DNA of 64,000 nucleotides, from the NCBI GenBank assembly GCA_016192035.1, contig JACPUW010000030.1, forward strand, positions 6,322 to 70,321, written 5' to 3'. The position numbers and the translations under genes were made by a program. How positions within the stretch are numbered: position 1 is the first letter of the stretch; each line of letters opens with the position of its first letter. This stretch comes from Bacteroidota bacterium (GTDB lineage Bacteria > Bacteroidota > Bacteroidia > CAILMK01 > JACPUW01). This document shows positions 27,284 through 37,060 of this stretch, piece by piece. Below the pieces are notes generated by a model. The model was not told the DNA's origin and ran no database searches. It saw only the letters and a list, made by a program, of their open reading frames with translations.

Positions 27284-28864
27284 TCAATTCCGGTACACCG
27301 GCAATTTGGTGGTGATGCCTGGGGTATTGATCTGCACCACGTACCAACCTGGGGCAGCGGAACTAAGGTCGATCAACGTGCCGCGGCCGTGCATGAGTTC
27401 TTGTCCGCGCATGTCAATTACCTTGTATTCTGGCTGTTGTCCGTAACCGGCAAGGGAAATGAGGCCTTTGGTTGGGTTGGGGTACGCGCCAATGCGCTGG
27501 CGATTGGCCTGGGCCAAGCCTACCGGTTTGGTGGTTTCGCTCACCGTGTTGCTAAAACCGGAGGCGCCTGATGCGTTATACGCCGTGAGCTTGTAGTAAT
27601 ACGTGGTGTTGCCCACCAGGGCGGAGTCTATGTGTTCTATGGTGTTGGGTGCCAGGGTGTCTATTATTGTGTAGTTGCTGTCGTCTTCGCTGCGGTACAA
27701 TATAAAACCGTCCTCGTCATTGGAGTTGTCGTCCCAAGTGAGGCGCAGGTGGGCGGTAGCCCTTTTGTTTAGGAAAACTTGCAGGTTGGAAGGTGCCGTG
27801 GGCACGGAACCTGAAGCTGGCCAACCTTGAAACAGCACGCGCTCCACGGGATTGGTTTCCCATTGGCTTCCTGTCCATTTGTAAACAAGTGCGTAGTCGG
27901 AGGCTCCGTTCTTATAGTAGAATACGGTTTTTCCAGTCTTTATCCAAGTGGAGGTGCCAAATGGTTTTTCGTAATTTATCAGTTCGGCGGCGGTGCCGTT
28001 GGCGTTGTAGCTGTAGTCGGTGGCTTCGCTGGTATCGTCTGGCGAAATTTCTTCCGATCGCGAAAGCCGGCCATTGGAGTCGTATGCAAAGTTTTCTTCA
28101 TCACCATATTGCACCCAGGTGATGCCGTCATAATAGGTTTCCTTAAACGTGGCCATTCGGTCGTTGGAATCGTAGGTAAAGTCATACCGGTTATCTTCTA
28201 TCCAAGAGCTTAAGTCGTCGTCCCAGTCATACTCTTGCACGCGTGTGCAGTTGCCATTTCCGTCATAAGTAAACACATAGCGGTTTTCGTTGAGGTAGGT
28301 GCTTGGGTTGGCAAAACTGGCCATTTCTATAAGCCTTTCTGTGAGTTGGTTGCTGCTGTTGTAGGTATAGGTTTCCCTGCCAGGTGTTACCAGCCACATG
28401 GACATGGGTGCGTAGTACATGGAGTCTGTTCCGGTGGCCGAGGTCATGTCGCCGTTGGAATTATAGGAAAACTGGTAATTATGGATGATTTCCATCACGG
28501 CATTGAACATGGTGCTGCGCTGCTGGGCAAGGGTGCCGTTGCTGTTGTACTTATGGGAATACTGTATGTTCAACGCATCGGTCCAGGCGCCAGAGTCCAT
28601 CTCTGAGAACTGTAGATGTGCAAGCCTGCCGCGCTTGTTTTTGATGAAATAATACCTTGAACTGTCTTCCCAATTGCCATTGATATAAAACTGTCCAAGC
28701 ATGGAATCTCCATAGGAAATCAATGCCTTAAAGCCATAGGTGGGGTATTGGAGGGGGGATGGTGCCGGATTGGTTATGTGGTCCATCTCTTCAGGCCCAT
28801 ACTGGGCGCTTAGGCTTAACGATGCGAACATCATTAGGGTAAGGGTTAAATACTTCATATTCAT
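27284..28864 (-). CDS. Secreted YD-repeat (RHS-repeat-like) protein with an FN3 domain and a T9SS C-terminal sorting domain
   Basis: Signal peptide MKYLTLTLMMFASLSLSAQ. Repeated YD motifs (FTYDGNGNCTRV, YDFTYDSNDRMATF, FAYDSNGRLSRSEEI, DYSYNANGT). An FN3-like region (APSNLQV...YYYKLTAYNASGAS). A C-terminal CTD (GAYPNPTKGLISL...WYVVQINT). Confidence 0.7.
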   Translation of the reverse strand: MNMKYLTLTLMMFASLSLSAQYGPEEMDHITNPAPSPLQYPTYGFKALISYGDSMLGQFYINGNWEDSSRYYFIKNKRGRLAHLQFSEMDSGAWTDALNIQYSHKYNSNGTLAQQRSTMFNAVMEIIHNYQFSYNSNGDMTSATGTDSMYYAPMSMWLVTPGRETYTYNSSNQLTERLIEMASFANPSTYLNENRYVFTYDGNGNCTRVQEYDWDDDLSSWIEDNRYDFTYDSNDRMATFKETYYDGITWVQYGDEENFAYDSNGRLSRSEEISPDDTSEATDYSYNANGTAAELINYEKPFGTSTWIKTGKTVFYYKNGASDYALVYKWTGSQWETNPVERVLFQGWPASGSVPTAPSNLQVFLNKRATAHLRLTWDDNSNDEDGFILYRSEDDSNYTIIDTLAPNTIEHIDSALVGNTTYYYKLTAYNASGASGFSNTVSETTKPVGLAQANRQRIGAYPNPTKGLISLAGYGQQPEYKVIDMRGQELMHGRGTLIDLSSAAPGWYVVQINTPGITTKLPVYRN

Positions 28865-29135
28865 TTTATTGAATTTATGTGTTTGCGCAAAGTTGCCATT
28901 GCTTAATACAACAATACTACGGTAATATGCGCAATTGAGACCGGGTTTACCCCAAATTGCGGCCCTGGTAGGCCTTTTTCATCGCTTCTTACCCCTCTGG
29001 CCTCCGTTTGGCAACCCAATACTCATTTGGCAGATGCGCATCCTATCATTTCACCCACTGGCCCTAAACCTTGAAATGAAGAAAATCTAGCCCTTCTCAG
29101 GAAATATATTGAAATTGGTGCGCTAAAGGAATTGG

Positions 29136-29663
29136 ATGATGTATCGGTATATCGTTGTGTTAATGTGTAAGGCCATGGTTTTTATATCTTCATGCACCGC
29201 CCCGCCACCTGGGGTTGTACCCGTCAACAACTTTGACATACAGAAGTACCAGGGCAAATGGTATGAGATAGCACGGTCCGACTTGCGGTTTGAGCGGGGC
29301 TTGTCGCGCACCACGGCCCAATATTCCCTGAGGCCTGACGGGCTAATAAAGGTGGTGAACCGGGGCTATAAGGCCGCCAATGGCCAATGGACTGAGGTGG
29401 AGAGCAAGGCCAAGATTCAAGGTAGCCCTACTACAGGCAGCCTTAAAGTCTCATTTTTCGGTCCTTTTTATGCTGGCTACCATGTTATAGCCCTGGCCCC
29501 GGACTATGATTTTGCCTTGGTATCGGGCAGCAGCCACAAATACCTTTGGATTTTGGGCAGGTCACCGGTCTTGCCCCCATCGGTCCGAATGGAGTTTTTG
29601 CAATTGGCCCAAAAATTGGGCTTTGACGTGAATGAACTGATTTGGGTGGAGCACCAGGAATAG
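29136..29663 (+). CDS. blc: Bacterial lipocalin (Blc) family outer-membrane lipoprotein
   Basis: The conserved N-terminal lipocalin motif FDIQKYQGKWYEIAR, an SSC lipobox, and the Blc C-terminus YLWILGRSP. Confidence 0.8.
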   Translation: MMYRYIVVLMCKAMVFISSCTAPPPGVVPVNNFDIQKYQGKWYEIARSDLRFERGLSRTTAQYSLRPDGLIKVVNRGYKAANGQWTEVESKAKIQGSPTTGSLKVSFFGPFYAGYHVIALAPDYDFALVSGSSHKYLWILGRSPVLPPSVRMEFLQLAQKLGFDVNELIWVEHQE

Positions 29664-29684
29664 CGCTTATTCCCAGCGTATAAT

Positions 29685-29717
29685 AAAAAAGCCCCGCCAG
29701 GTTGTGGCGGGGCTTTT
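29685..29717. terminator. Bidirectional rho-independent terminator between convergent blc and susD
   Basis: A6, then the hairpin gccccgcca-ggttg-tggcggggc, then T4. Confidence 0.6.
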
Positions 29718-29741
29718 ACTTCGGTTACCCAAGTCAACGCA

Positions 29742-31115
29742 TCAATCGGCGTCCCACCACACCTTGGCGTAGATGTCAATGGGGTTGCTTAGTAGGTTGT
29801 AATTGTCAGCATTGTAGAACCGCTCACTCTGTGACATGGGCCACCTAGTGGGGATCTTGGATTGCCCGTCAGAGGGGGTTAAAGCAGGAAACCCGGTCCT
29901 TCTCCAGTCGGTCCAGGTCTCGGTTTGGTAGTACAGTGCTATGTACTTCTGCGTCATGATTTTCTCAAGGCTGATTGTGGCATCTGTTTCCGCAGCATTT
30001 GCCGCCAGGTAGGCAGCATCGCTCACGCCCCACTGCTCCAGCGAAGCGGTAACCGCTTCGTTGTGGGCGGTGGCAGCGCGTGGTTTATCACCGCTTTCCA
30101 GTGCAGCCTCGGCCTCTATAAACTTCTGCTCCACATAGGTTACAAAAGGAATAGGTGCATCGGGTGCATTGTAGGCAACCCCTGGATAGCTGGCCGAAAT
30201 GTCGGGCTTGCCGGCAGGTGAACCGCGGTAGCCGGTAGTATCGGCAGGCACGGCAAATACCGCAATCCGTGGATCGTTCAATCCATTCATCAGGTCGATA
30301 AAGAACTTGCCCATGCGGATGTCGCCGCGCTGGTCCACAAATTGGTACAAGGGGTTCTGCTCTGTTGATGCGGTGGTATAGAACATGTTAAGGTCATCGA
30401 CCGATCCAGAGAAACCGCCATTGTCCAGGGCGGCCAGTGCTTTGGCATAGTCGCCGCTATTCACGTTGGCCGTATGGAGATACGCACGCCCCAGGAGCAC
30501 GTTGGCCGCACTGGTCCATAGGGCCAGGTCGCCTCCGTACATCAGGTCATCGCCCCCTGGGCTAAACATGCTCTCGGCGGCACCCAAATCGGTAGCTGCC
30601 TCTGTAAGTAGGGTAACTATGGCTGCATAGATGTCCTCCTGTTTGTCGTATCCTGGCTTTAGGTTTTCGCTAAGCTGGAACGCATCTGAGAACGGAATGT
30701 CGCCGTACAAGTCGGTGGTTACCATCACGGCATGGGCCATGAGCACCTTTGCCACCCCCGCATAGTGCGGCGATTCTGTGCCGGCCTTCTGGATGATGAT
30801 ATTGAACTCATTCATGGCGGTGGAATAGGATGATTCCCAGGAATTGTTTACGTCCACTTCCGTGATGTTATAGGCATCAATGCCCAGGTGCTGTCGGTCC
30901 ACCCCGCCGTGGTGCTGGGTTATCACGCTGTTGTAGCGGCATATGTCGCCACCATAGGTGTATGACCAAGCCGCCTGTGCGCCGGGGAGTATGAGCTCCA
31001 AGGGCACGTCCTTTGGGTTGTTGGGGTCTATGTTTATGTCCGTGTCCACCCACTTGTTGCAGGCAGTAAGCGCCATCAACCCCGCTACGCTTAAAAGTAA
31101 AAATGACTTTCTCAT
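29742..31115 (-). CDS. SusD/RagB family nutrient-binding outer-membrane lipoprotein
   Basis: Lipoprotein signal MRKSFLLLSVAGLMALTAC and SusD-like TPR-rich architecture. It lies immediately downstream of the SusC-like gene. Confidence 0.8.
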   Translation of the reverse strand: MRKSFLLLSVAGLMALTACNKWVDTDINIDPNNPKDVPLELILPGAQAAWSYTYGGDICRYNSVITQHHGGVDRQHLGIDAYNITEVDVNNSWESSYSTAMNEFNIIIQKAGTESPHYAGVAKVLMAHAVMVTTDLYGDIPFSDAFQLSENLKPGYDKQEDIYAAIVTLLTEAATDLGAAESMFSPGGDDLMYGGDLALWTSAANVLLGRAYLHTANVNSGDYAKALAALDNGGFSGSVDDLNMFYTTASTEQNPLYQFVDQRGDIRMGKFFIDLMNGLNDPRIAVFAVPADTTGYRGSPAGKPDISASYPGVAYNAPDAPIPFVTYVEQKFIEAEAALESGDKPRAATAHNEAVTASLEQWGVSDAAYLAANAAETDATISLEKIMTQKYIALYYQTETWTDWRRTGFPALTPSDGQSKIPTRWPMSQSERFYNADNYNLLSNPIDIYAKVWWDAD

Positions 31116-31134
31116 TGTATTCAAGTATTTAGGG

Positions 31135-34100
31135 TTAGAAAGTGAGCCTTACGCCTAAGCCCCAGCTCTTGGTGTTTGGCATGTTAAAGTAGTCCATGCC
31201 CTGCTCGTTGCGCGAACCGGCCAAACTGGTTTCAGGGTCTATGCCGCTGTAATCAGTTTTTAGCCACAGGTTCCTGCCCGACACCGAAATCTGGCAAGCG
31301 GTAAAAGGAGTCTTGTCAAGCAGGGAGGCATCTAGGGTATAGGAGAGTGAGAGTTCGCGCAGGCGCACCCAACTCATGCTTTCCACAAAATCCTCGGTGT
31401 TGTCGCCAAAGAAACCGTTGCCGTTGCCAAAGGCCAACCAAGCCTGTCCCAGAAGGACTTCTTTGTCGTTTTTGTCACCGGTTACCGGCACGCCGTTCTC
31501 GTCCATGATCATGTTGCCGTCGTCGTCATAGGTAGCAAATTTGCCTTCAAACACCTTGGTACTGCCCCGTACCTCTGTATCGGCATGGGTGCCAAAGTAG
31601 TAGAGTGCGCCTTTGGTGCCGTTCCACATCACGCCTCCCTGGCGAATGTCTAACAGGCCGCTAAGCCTAAATCCTTTGTAGCTAAAGGTATTGCTTATGC
31701 CCATCAACCAATCGGGCTGGGCTGAGCCAAAGCTGCGCTCATTGGGGTCAATGATGGGGTAGCCATCTTCGCCTATCACCGTATTGCCGTCTTTGTCCTT
31801 GTAGAAGCCCAGGCCATAGATGGAGCCATAAGCCGATCCGGCCTGTGCGCGGATATTGGCACCGGTGAAGCCGCCCAAGAACACGTTGTCAACCCCTGGA
31901 GCCAGCTCTACTACTTCATTGCGGTTGCGGGTATAGTTTAGGTTTATGTCCCACCTAAACCCGTTGTCGGCTTGTTTGATAGGTGTGAGATAGGCCATTA
32001 CTTCAATCCCCTTGTTGGTCATGGTTCCCGCGTTCATCACTGCTTGAACGGCGCCTGAAGTAGCGGCTACCGGTACAGGGAATATCAGGTCAATGGATTT
32101 GGAGCTGTAATAGGCTATGTCCAGTCCAAATTTGTCGTCAAGGAACTTGAACTCAGCGCCAATTTCAAATTGGTTGTTGCGCTCTGGCCTTAGCTCTGCC
32201 CCGCCCAGTACATCGGCAAAATTGAATCCTGGAACCCCTGAATATGGGAAGGATACACCATTGGTCCATCCATCGGCATAGGTTGACAGGGTATAGTAGT
32301 TGTCGGTGGCATACACAAATGGAGAACCCAAGCCTACCTGCGCAAAAGAAGCGCGGATCTTGCCGTAGGGCAGGACATTGCCAAAGTCAGCCAATTCGGT
32401 AAATACGATGCCCAAGTTGGCCGAGGGGAAGAAGAAGGAGTTGCCACCTGCCGGGAGGGATGACGACCATTCGTTCCTACCGGTTAGGGTAAGGTATATG
32501 GTGCGCCTAAAGTCCATGGAAAGGGATGCATACACCGCCTCGTCGCGGGTACGGGTCACACTCTCGCGGGTGAAGGTGGAAGAGGCATTGGACATGTGGT
32601 AAAACCCTGGAATGGTGAGTCCGTTGCCTTCGGCATACACTTGCTGTAAGTAGCTGCTCCTGCGGTTGTGGCCTACCAATCCGTTAATGTTCATATTGGC
32701 ATTTAAATCCTTGTTGAAAGACAGGATCAAATCTTCATTGAACATGCTGGAGTAGTACTGATTCTCCATTACCCGGCCTACCCGGCCCGAAACGGTGTTG
32801 GAACCAATGGCGAAGTATTGTTTCCTTCTGTCGCTATAGAAGTCAATACCTGGCCGATAGGTGAACTGGAAAATGTCGTTTAACTTGTAATTCACTTCTA
32901 TGTTGCCAATCATCCGGTTCACATCATCTGTTAGCGGGTTGTTCATGGCTGTCCATAGGGGGTTGTCGTAGCCGCCGCCGCCCCTAAAGTTGCGCTGGCT
33001 GCCATCGGCAAATTGATAGGCGGTTTCGTTCCAATCTGAGCCCATGCCATTGGCATTGTCAAATGAGGGCGGGGTGCGCAGCAATCCCAACATCACGCCC
33101 GACGTGTTGGAGCCTTGCTCGATCCTGGTGCCTTTGGTGTTCACATATTTCATCGATGACCGAACCGATAGTTTGTCGCTCACCTTTAGGCCGCTGTTCA
33201 CGCTGATATTGGTTTTGTTCAGCTCGTTGTTGGGCACTATGCCTTGCTCATAGTCGTTGCCTATCGAGAAATAAATATCGGCCTTATCATTGGCGCCCGA
33301 CACGCTTACGGTATTGTAATACCTGGTGCCCCGCCTAAAGAACGAATTGACGTTGTCATATGGCTCGGCCTCGGTAAGCTGGTTTACGTTTGAATCCAAT
33401 CCGTTACCAGATTTGGGCATGTAGTAGTCGCCGTTTACGTCCCACTTATATTCTTCATCGCCATTGTAATACAATGAGTCGTAGGTGGTACCCCAACTCC
33501 AGGGGAATCCTGTGGAAGGGCCGTAGTAAACACCTCCAATTCCCTGGGTGTATTTGTTTTGCAAGGGCACCATTTTGTTGTACTTGCTAAAGTCAACACC
33601 GCCTGAATAGCTGATGTTGAGTCCCTTATTGCCAATACCTGTCTTACCTTTTTTGGTGGTAATGATGATGGCGCCATTGCCGGCTTGCGAGCCGTACAAG
33701 GCGGTGGCAGCCGCCCCCTTCAAGATTTGGATTGACTCAATGTCTTCTTGAGGAATGTCTATGGCCCTGTTTGAGTTGGCCACACTGTTTAGGTAGTTGT
33801 TGCGCCCATTGTCGGGGTTACCGTTGCTGAGCTGCGAGTTGTCGATAGGCACACCATCCACAATAAACAGTGGTTGGTTGTCGCCCCGGATCGTGTTTGC
33901 TCCCCTGATCTGGATGTAAGAAGCACCACCGGCCATGCCGGATGACTTGATGACATTGGCCCCGGCCACCTTACCGGCCAGTGCTGTCACCACGTTTTGC
34001 TCCTTGGCATCGAGCAATTGGCTACCGCCCACACTCTGAACGGAATAACCAAGAGCTCTTTTCTCCTTGGGGATCCCAATGGCCGTAATTACCATTTCAT

Positions 34101-34407
34101 CCAGCTTTACATCGCCGGACTCCATGACAATGTCGATGACAGTACGCCCCATGATCCTTACGGTCTGGGAGACGTAACCGACATAAGACACCAAAAGGGT
34201 GTCTTTGCCCCTGGGCACGTTTACTAAATATTTTCCTTCGGCATCAGAAAAGGCTCCAGAAGTAGTGCCTTTTACCAGCAGGGCCGCACCTACCAGTGCA
34301 TTACCGTTCTCGTCGGTAATGGTTCCTGTCACGGTGGACTGAGCATTTGCAGTGAATGTCACCACAATAGCAGTCACGACAGTAAGTAAGAATGACTTTA
34401 CACTCAT
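31135..34407 (-). CDS. SusC/RagA family TonB-linked outer-membrane transporter
   Basis: 1090 aa with the N-terminal signature ANAQSTVTGTITDENGNALVGAALLVKGTTSGAFSDAEGKY, the TonB box and plug (IQIRGANTI), and a C-terminal barrel ending ...GLGVRLTF. Confidence 0.9.
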   Translation of the reverse strand: MSVKSFLLTVVTAIVVTFTANAQSTVTGTITDENGNALVGAALLVKGTTSGAFSDAEGKYLVNVPRGKDTLLVSYVGYVSQTVRIMGRTVIDIVMESGDVKLDEMVITAIGIPKEKRALGYSVQSVGGSQLLDAKEQNVVTALAGKVAGANVIKSSGMAGGASYIQIRGANTIRGDNQPLFIVDGVPIDNSQLSNGNPDNGRNNYLNSVANSNRAIDIPQEDIESIQILKGAAATALYGSQAGNGAIIITTKKGKTGIGNKGLNISYSGGVDFSKYNKMVPLQNKYTQGIGGVYYGPSTGFPWSWGTTYDSLYYNGDEEYKWDVNGDYYMPKSGNGLDSNVNQLTEAEPYDNVNSFFRRGTRYYNTVSVSGANDKADIYFSIGNDYEQGIVPNNELNKTNISVNSGLKVSDKLSVRSSMKYVNTKGTRIEQGSNTSGVMLGLLRTPPSFDNANGMGSDWNETAYQFADGSQRNFRGGGGYDNPLWTAMNNPLTDDVNRMIGNIEVNYKLNDIFQFTYRPGIDFYSDRRKQYFAIGSNTVSGRVGRVMENQYYSSMFNEDLILSFNKDLNANMNINGLVGHNRRSSYLQQVYAEGNGLTIPGFYHMSNASSTFTRESVTRTRDEAVYASLSMDFRRTIYLTLTGRNEWSSSLPAGGNSFFFPSANLGIVFTELADFGNVLPYGKIRASFAQVGLGSPFVYATDNYYTLSTYADGWTNGVSFPYSGVPGFNFADVLGGAELRPERNNQFEIGAEFKFLDDKFGLDIAYYSSKSIDLIFPVPVAATSGAVQAVMNAGTMTNKGIEVMAYLTPIKQADNGFRWDINLNYTRNRNEVVELAPGVDNVFLGGFTGANIRAQAGSAYGSIYGLGFYKDKDGNTVIGEDGYPIIDPNERSFGSAQPDWLMGISNTFSYKGFRLSGLLDIRQGGVMWNGTKGALYYFGTHADTEVRGSTKVFEGKFATYDDDGNMIMDENGVPVTGDKNDKEVLLGQAWLAFGNGNGFFGDNTEDFVESMSWVRLRELSLSYTLDASLLDKTPFTACQISVSGRNLWLKTDYSGIDPETSLAGSRNEQGMDYFNMPNTKSWGLGVRLTF

Positions 34408-34592
34408 AACCTGTTGTGAGTTAATGACTATTAAAAACCGTTAAGCGGTGACAATGATAAGGAAAAGTTTGAATTGGGTTACCTTATGATGAACTTTTCC
34501 TCAATTTTTTTTTTGAGTAAAAGGATAAACCGGCAGCAAGGGTATTTACTTTCAAGGAAATACCAATTTTGAAATTGAATAAAAAATTGCCC

Positions 34593-35249
34593 CTACCCGT
34601 AATTCTTGCCCGTTTTTACCCAGATCTGATTGCGCCCCAGCTTTAGGTTGCCCTGTTGTTCCAACTTCTTAAGTAGCCTTGAAACCACCTCTCGGGATGT
34701 GTTTAGTTCTATGGCTATATCCTGATGAGAAACCTTGACCACTGGGTCGCCCGTAGCTTGGACCGTTCTTTCCAAGTAGCTGAGGAGCCGTTCGTCAAGT
34801 TGGTGGAATGCTATGCCGTCTATGGTCTTGAGCAACTCTTCAAATCGAAGACGATAGGTTTCAAGAACATGGTAGTACCATACCTTATGCTTGGACATCC
34901 AAGCATCCATGCAATGAATAGGGACCAAGAAACAAGTGCTGGGTGCCATGGCTATGGCTTTCACTTCACTCATTTTGTCCCTACTTGCGCATACCAGCGA
35001 CATGGCGCAGGTTTGACCTGGCTCTATGTAGTAGAGAAATAGCTCGCCGTGAACTTCTTCCCTAAATACCTTGATTAGGCCTTCAATGAGCATGGGGACC
35101 CCACGTATATAGCCACCAGGTTCCATGAGTGGTTCCCCTTCGTCCACATGTACCAGCCTGGCCTCTTCGACAAAATCCTTAACAAAGGCAGGCGTATGGA
35201 GGGAAGGAAAATGGCTGCGTAGCAGGTCTTCTATTTGTGTCTTCTCCAT
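34593..35249 (-). CDS. Crp/Fnr family transcriptional regulator
   Basis: A cNMP-binding-like N-domain and a C-terminal HTH (SHQDIAIELNTSREVVSRLLKKLEQQG). Confidence 0.75.
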   Translation of the reverse strand: MEKTQIEDLLRSHFPSLHTPAFVKDFVEEARLVHVDEGEPLMEPGGYIRGVPMLIEGLIKVFREEVHGELFLYYIEPGQTCAMSLVCASRDKMSEVKAIAMAPSTCFLVPIHCMDAWMSKHKVWYYHVLETYRLRFEELLKTIDGIAFHQLDERLLSYLERTVQATGDPVVKVSHQDIAIELNTSREVVSRLLKKLEQQGNLKLGRNQIWVKTGKNYG

Positions 35250-35333
35250 GTATAAGGCATGTTGGGGTGGTGTACAAACTTAATTTGACATAGACTAAGG
35301 GCCATTTCCTTTGCTCATATAAGTTACAGAAGC

Positions 35334-35972
35334 ATGAATTTGGAAGAACAGCGACGGGTTCGTACACAAGACTTTGTAAGGGGGCTATGCTTAGATGAGC
35401 CCACTGGACATGATTGGTGGCATATAGACCGGGTTAGGATATTGGCCTTGCGCATTGGCCAACAGGAAGGGGCTGATCTTCATCTCACCGAGATGGCGGC
35501 ATTGCTACATGATGTGGATGACCATAAGTTTAACCCGCTGGGCAGCAATAAGGCCAAGACTTGGTTGTCAACAGTGGAAGAGCCTAATATTGAGCAAATT
35601 ATTGCTATCATTGAATCCATATCGTTCAAAGGTGCAGGGGTGACCGATATGCCTATGGGCATAGAGGGCTGTTGTGTGCAAGATGCCGATAGGTTAGATG
35701 CCATGGGCGCTATAGGCATAGCAAGGGCTTTTGCATATGGTGGTCATATGGGCAGGTTGCTGTTTGACCCAAGCCGTGGCCCTGAACTACACCGTGATTT
35801 CCAGGCGTATAAGTCTTCTCAGGGGCATACCATAAATCATTTCCATGAAAAACTCCTGTTGCTCAAAGACCGAATGCACACATCCATGGGCAAGCAAATG
35901 GCCATAAAGCGGCACCAATTCATGGTGGACTTCCTAGATGAATTTATGGACGAGTGGGGGGCAAAACAATAG
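35334..35972 (+). CDS. HD domain phosphohydrolase (YedJ-like)
   Basis: HD-domain metal-ligand residues in WWHIDRV...LLHDVDDHK...QDADRLDAMGAIGIAR. Confidence 0.75.
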   Translation: MNLEEQRRVRTQDFVRGLCLDEPTGHDWWHIDRVRILALRIGQQEGADLHLTEMAALLHDVDDHKFNPLGSNKAKTWLSTVEEPNIEQIIAIIESISFKGAGVTDMPMGIEGCCVQDADRLDAMGAIGIARAFAYGGHMGRLLFDPSRGPELHRDFQAYKSSQGHTINHFHEKLLLLKDRMHTSMGKQMAIKRHQFMVDFLDEFMDEWGAKQ

Positions 35973-36039
35973 AAGTGACAGGTGTAACTTATGGGTGGGC
36001 CATTCGTATTTTTGGCTCCATATTAAAGTCAAATACACA

Positions 36040-36558
36040 ATGGACTCATTTCTATTTTCTAAATTGTTTTGGGGACTGGTTATCATTTTAGTGGGCATTT
36101 CCTTCATAGCCCAGGGGGTATTTAGGATCAACTTCCCGGTGGGAAAGGTAGTAATTGCCTTAATCTTGATTTATTTGGGTGTCCGCATGTTGCTTGGCGG
36201 GTTTGGCATGAAACAAAACACCACGGTTTTTAGCGACACCAGCATCACGGTGGACCAACTGGCCGACTCAAAGTACGACGTGGTGTTTGGCAGCCAAAAG
36301 ATAGACCTTAGCCAGGCGGTCCGCGACGGGGAGAGCCATACCGTGGAAGTGAACGTGGTGTTTGGCGAGGCTAAAATCACCATACCCACCAATATGCAGG
36401 TTAAGGTAAAGTCGAGCAGTGTGTTTGGCTCGGTGCGCACCCCGCACAACAGCACATCTTTTGGCCAGGATGAGTACGCTATTGGCGGCACTCCAGGGGC
36501 CGGGGCCTTGCTGCTTAAGGTAAATGCCGTATTTGGCAGTGCGCTGGTCATGGAATAA
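36040..36558 (+). CDS. LiaF-like / cell-wall-stress-associated membrane protein (DUF2154-like)
   Basis: Two N-terminal TM helices, then a beta-strand-rich C-terminus with repeated VVFG motifs (DVVFGSQKIDL, NVVFGEAKITIP, SSVFGSV, NAVFGSALV). Start chosen at MDSFLFSK. Confidence 0.5.
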   Translation: MDSFLFSKLFWGLVIILVGISFIAQGVFRINFPVGKVVIALILIYLGVRMLLGGFGMKQNTTVFSDTSITVDQLADSKYDVVFGSQKIDLSQAVRDGESHTVEVNVVFGEAKITIPTNMQVKVKSSSVFGSVRTPHNSTSFGQDEYAIGGTPGAGALLLKVNAVFGSALVME

Positions 36559-36652
36559 GGGGCTAGGCCAGGGGGCAATTTTCGCTGATCATAGGTGACT
36601 CAAGTTACGCAACATCCGCTTGCCGGGGCGGCATTTTTGCGCAAAAAAAACC

Positions 36653-36973
36653 ATGTCTTTCTTTGGCCTTTTCAACAAATCAAACAATAGCAACGACATA
36701 ATGGGCATGCTTGAAGAGGGTGCCGTGATCCTTGACGTGCGCAGCCCTGGGGAATATGCATCAGGACACATACCCGGCTCGCGCAACATTCCGCTCAATC
36801 AATTGCCCAACAGGATATCTGAGGTGAAAAATTGGGGAAAACCCGTGGTGACCTGTTGCCTTTCGGGAAGTAGGAGTGCTGCGGCGGTATCCATGCTGGC
36901 ATCCCAGGGCATACAGTGTGTGAATGGCGGGTCTTGGTACGGAATAAAACCAAAAGGAAGCCCAACGAAATAG
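36653..36973 (+). CDS. Rhodanese-like domain protein (single domain, about 106 aa)
   Basis: DVRSPGEYASGHIPGSRNIPL and the active-site Cys loop VTCCLSGSRS. Confidence 0.75.
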   Translation: MSFFGLFNKSNNSNDIMGMLEEGAVILDVRSPGEYASGHIPGSRNIPLNQLPNRISEVKNWGKPVVTCCLSGSRSAAAVSMLASQGIQCVNGGSWYGIKPKGSPTK

Positions 36974-37060
36974 GTTGTTTGGTGTATGCCCGGGTTGTAG
37001 GTCATTCAATACCTTAGCCTGGGCATTTTTTTTCTGGCCTTTTTTTAATGTGCTAACAAA

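Noticed and set aside
34461-34514. Calling the hairpin plus T10 run upstream of susC a terminator
   Set aside because: No plus-strand gene ends upstream of it. On the minus strand the T-run precedes the stem. I kept it only as a possible regulatory or sRNA feature.
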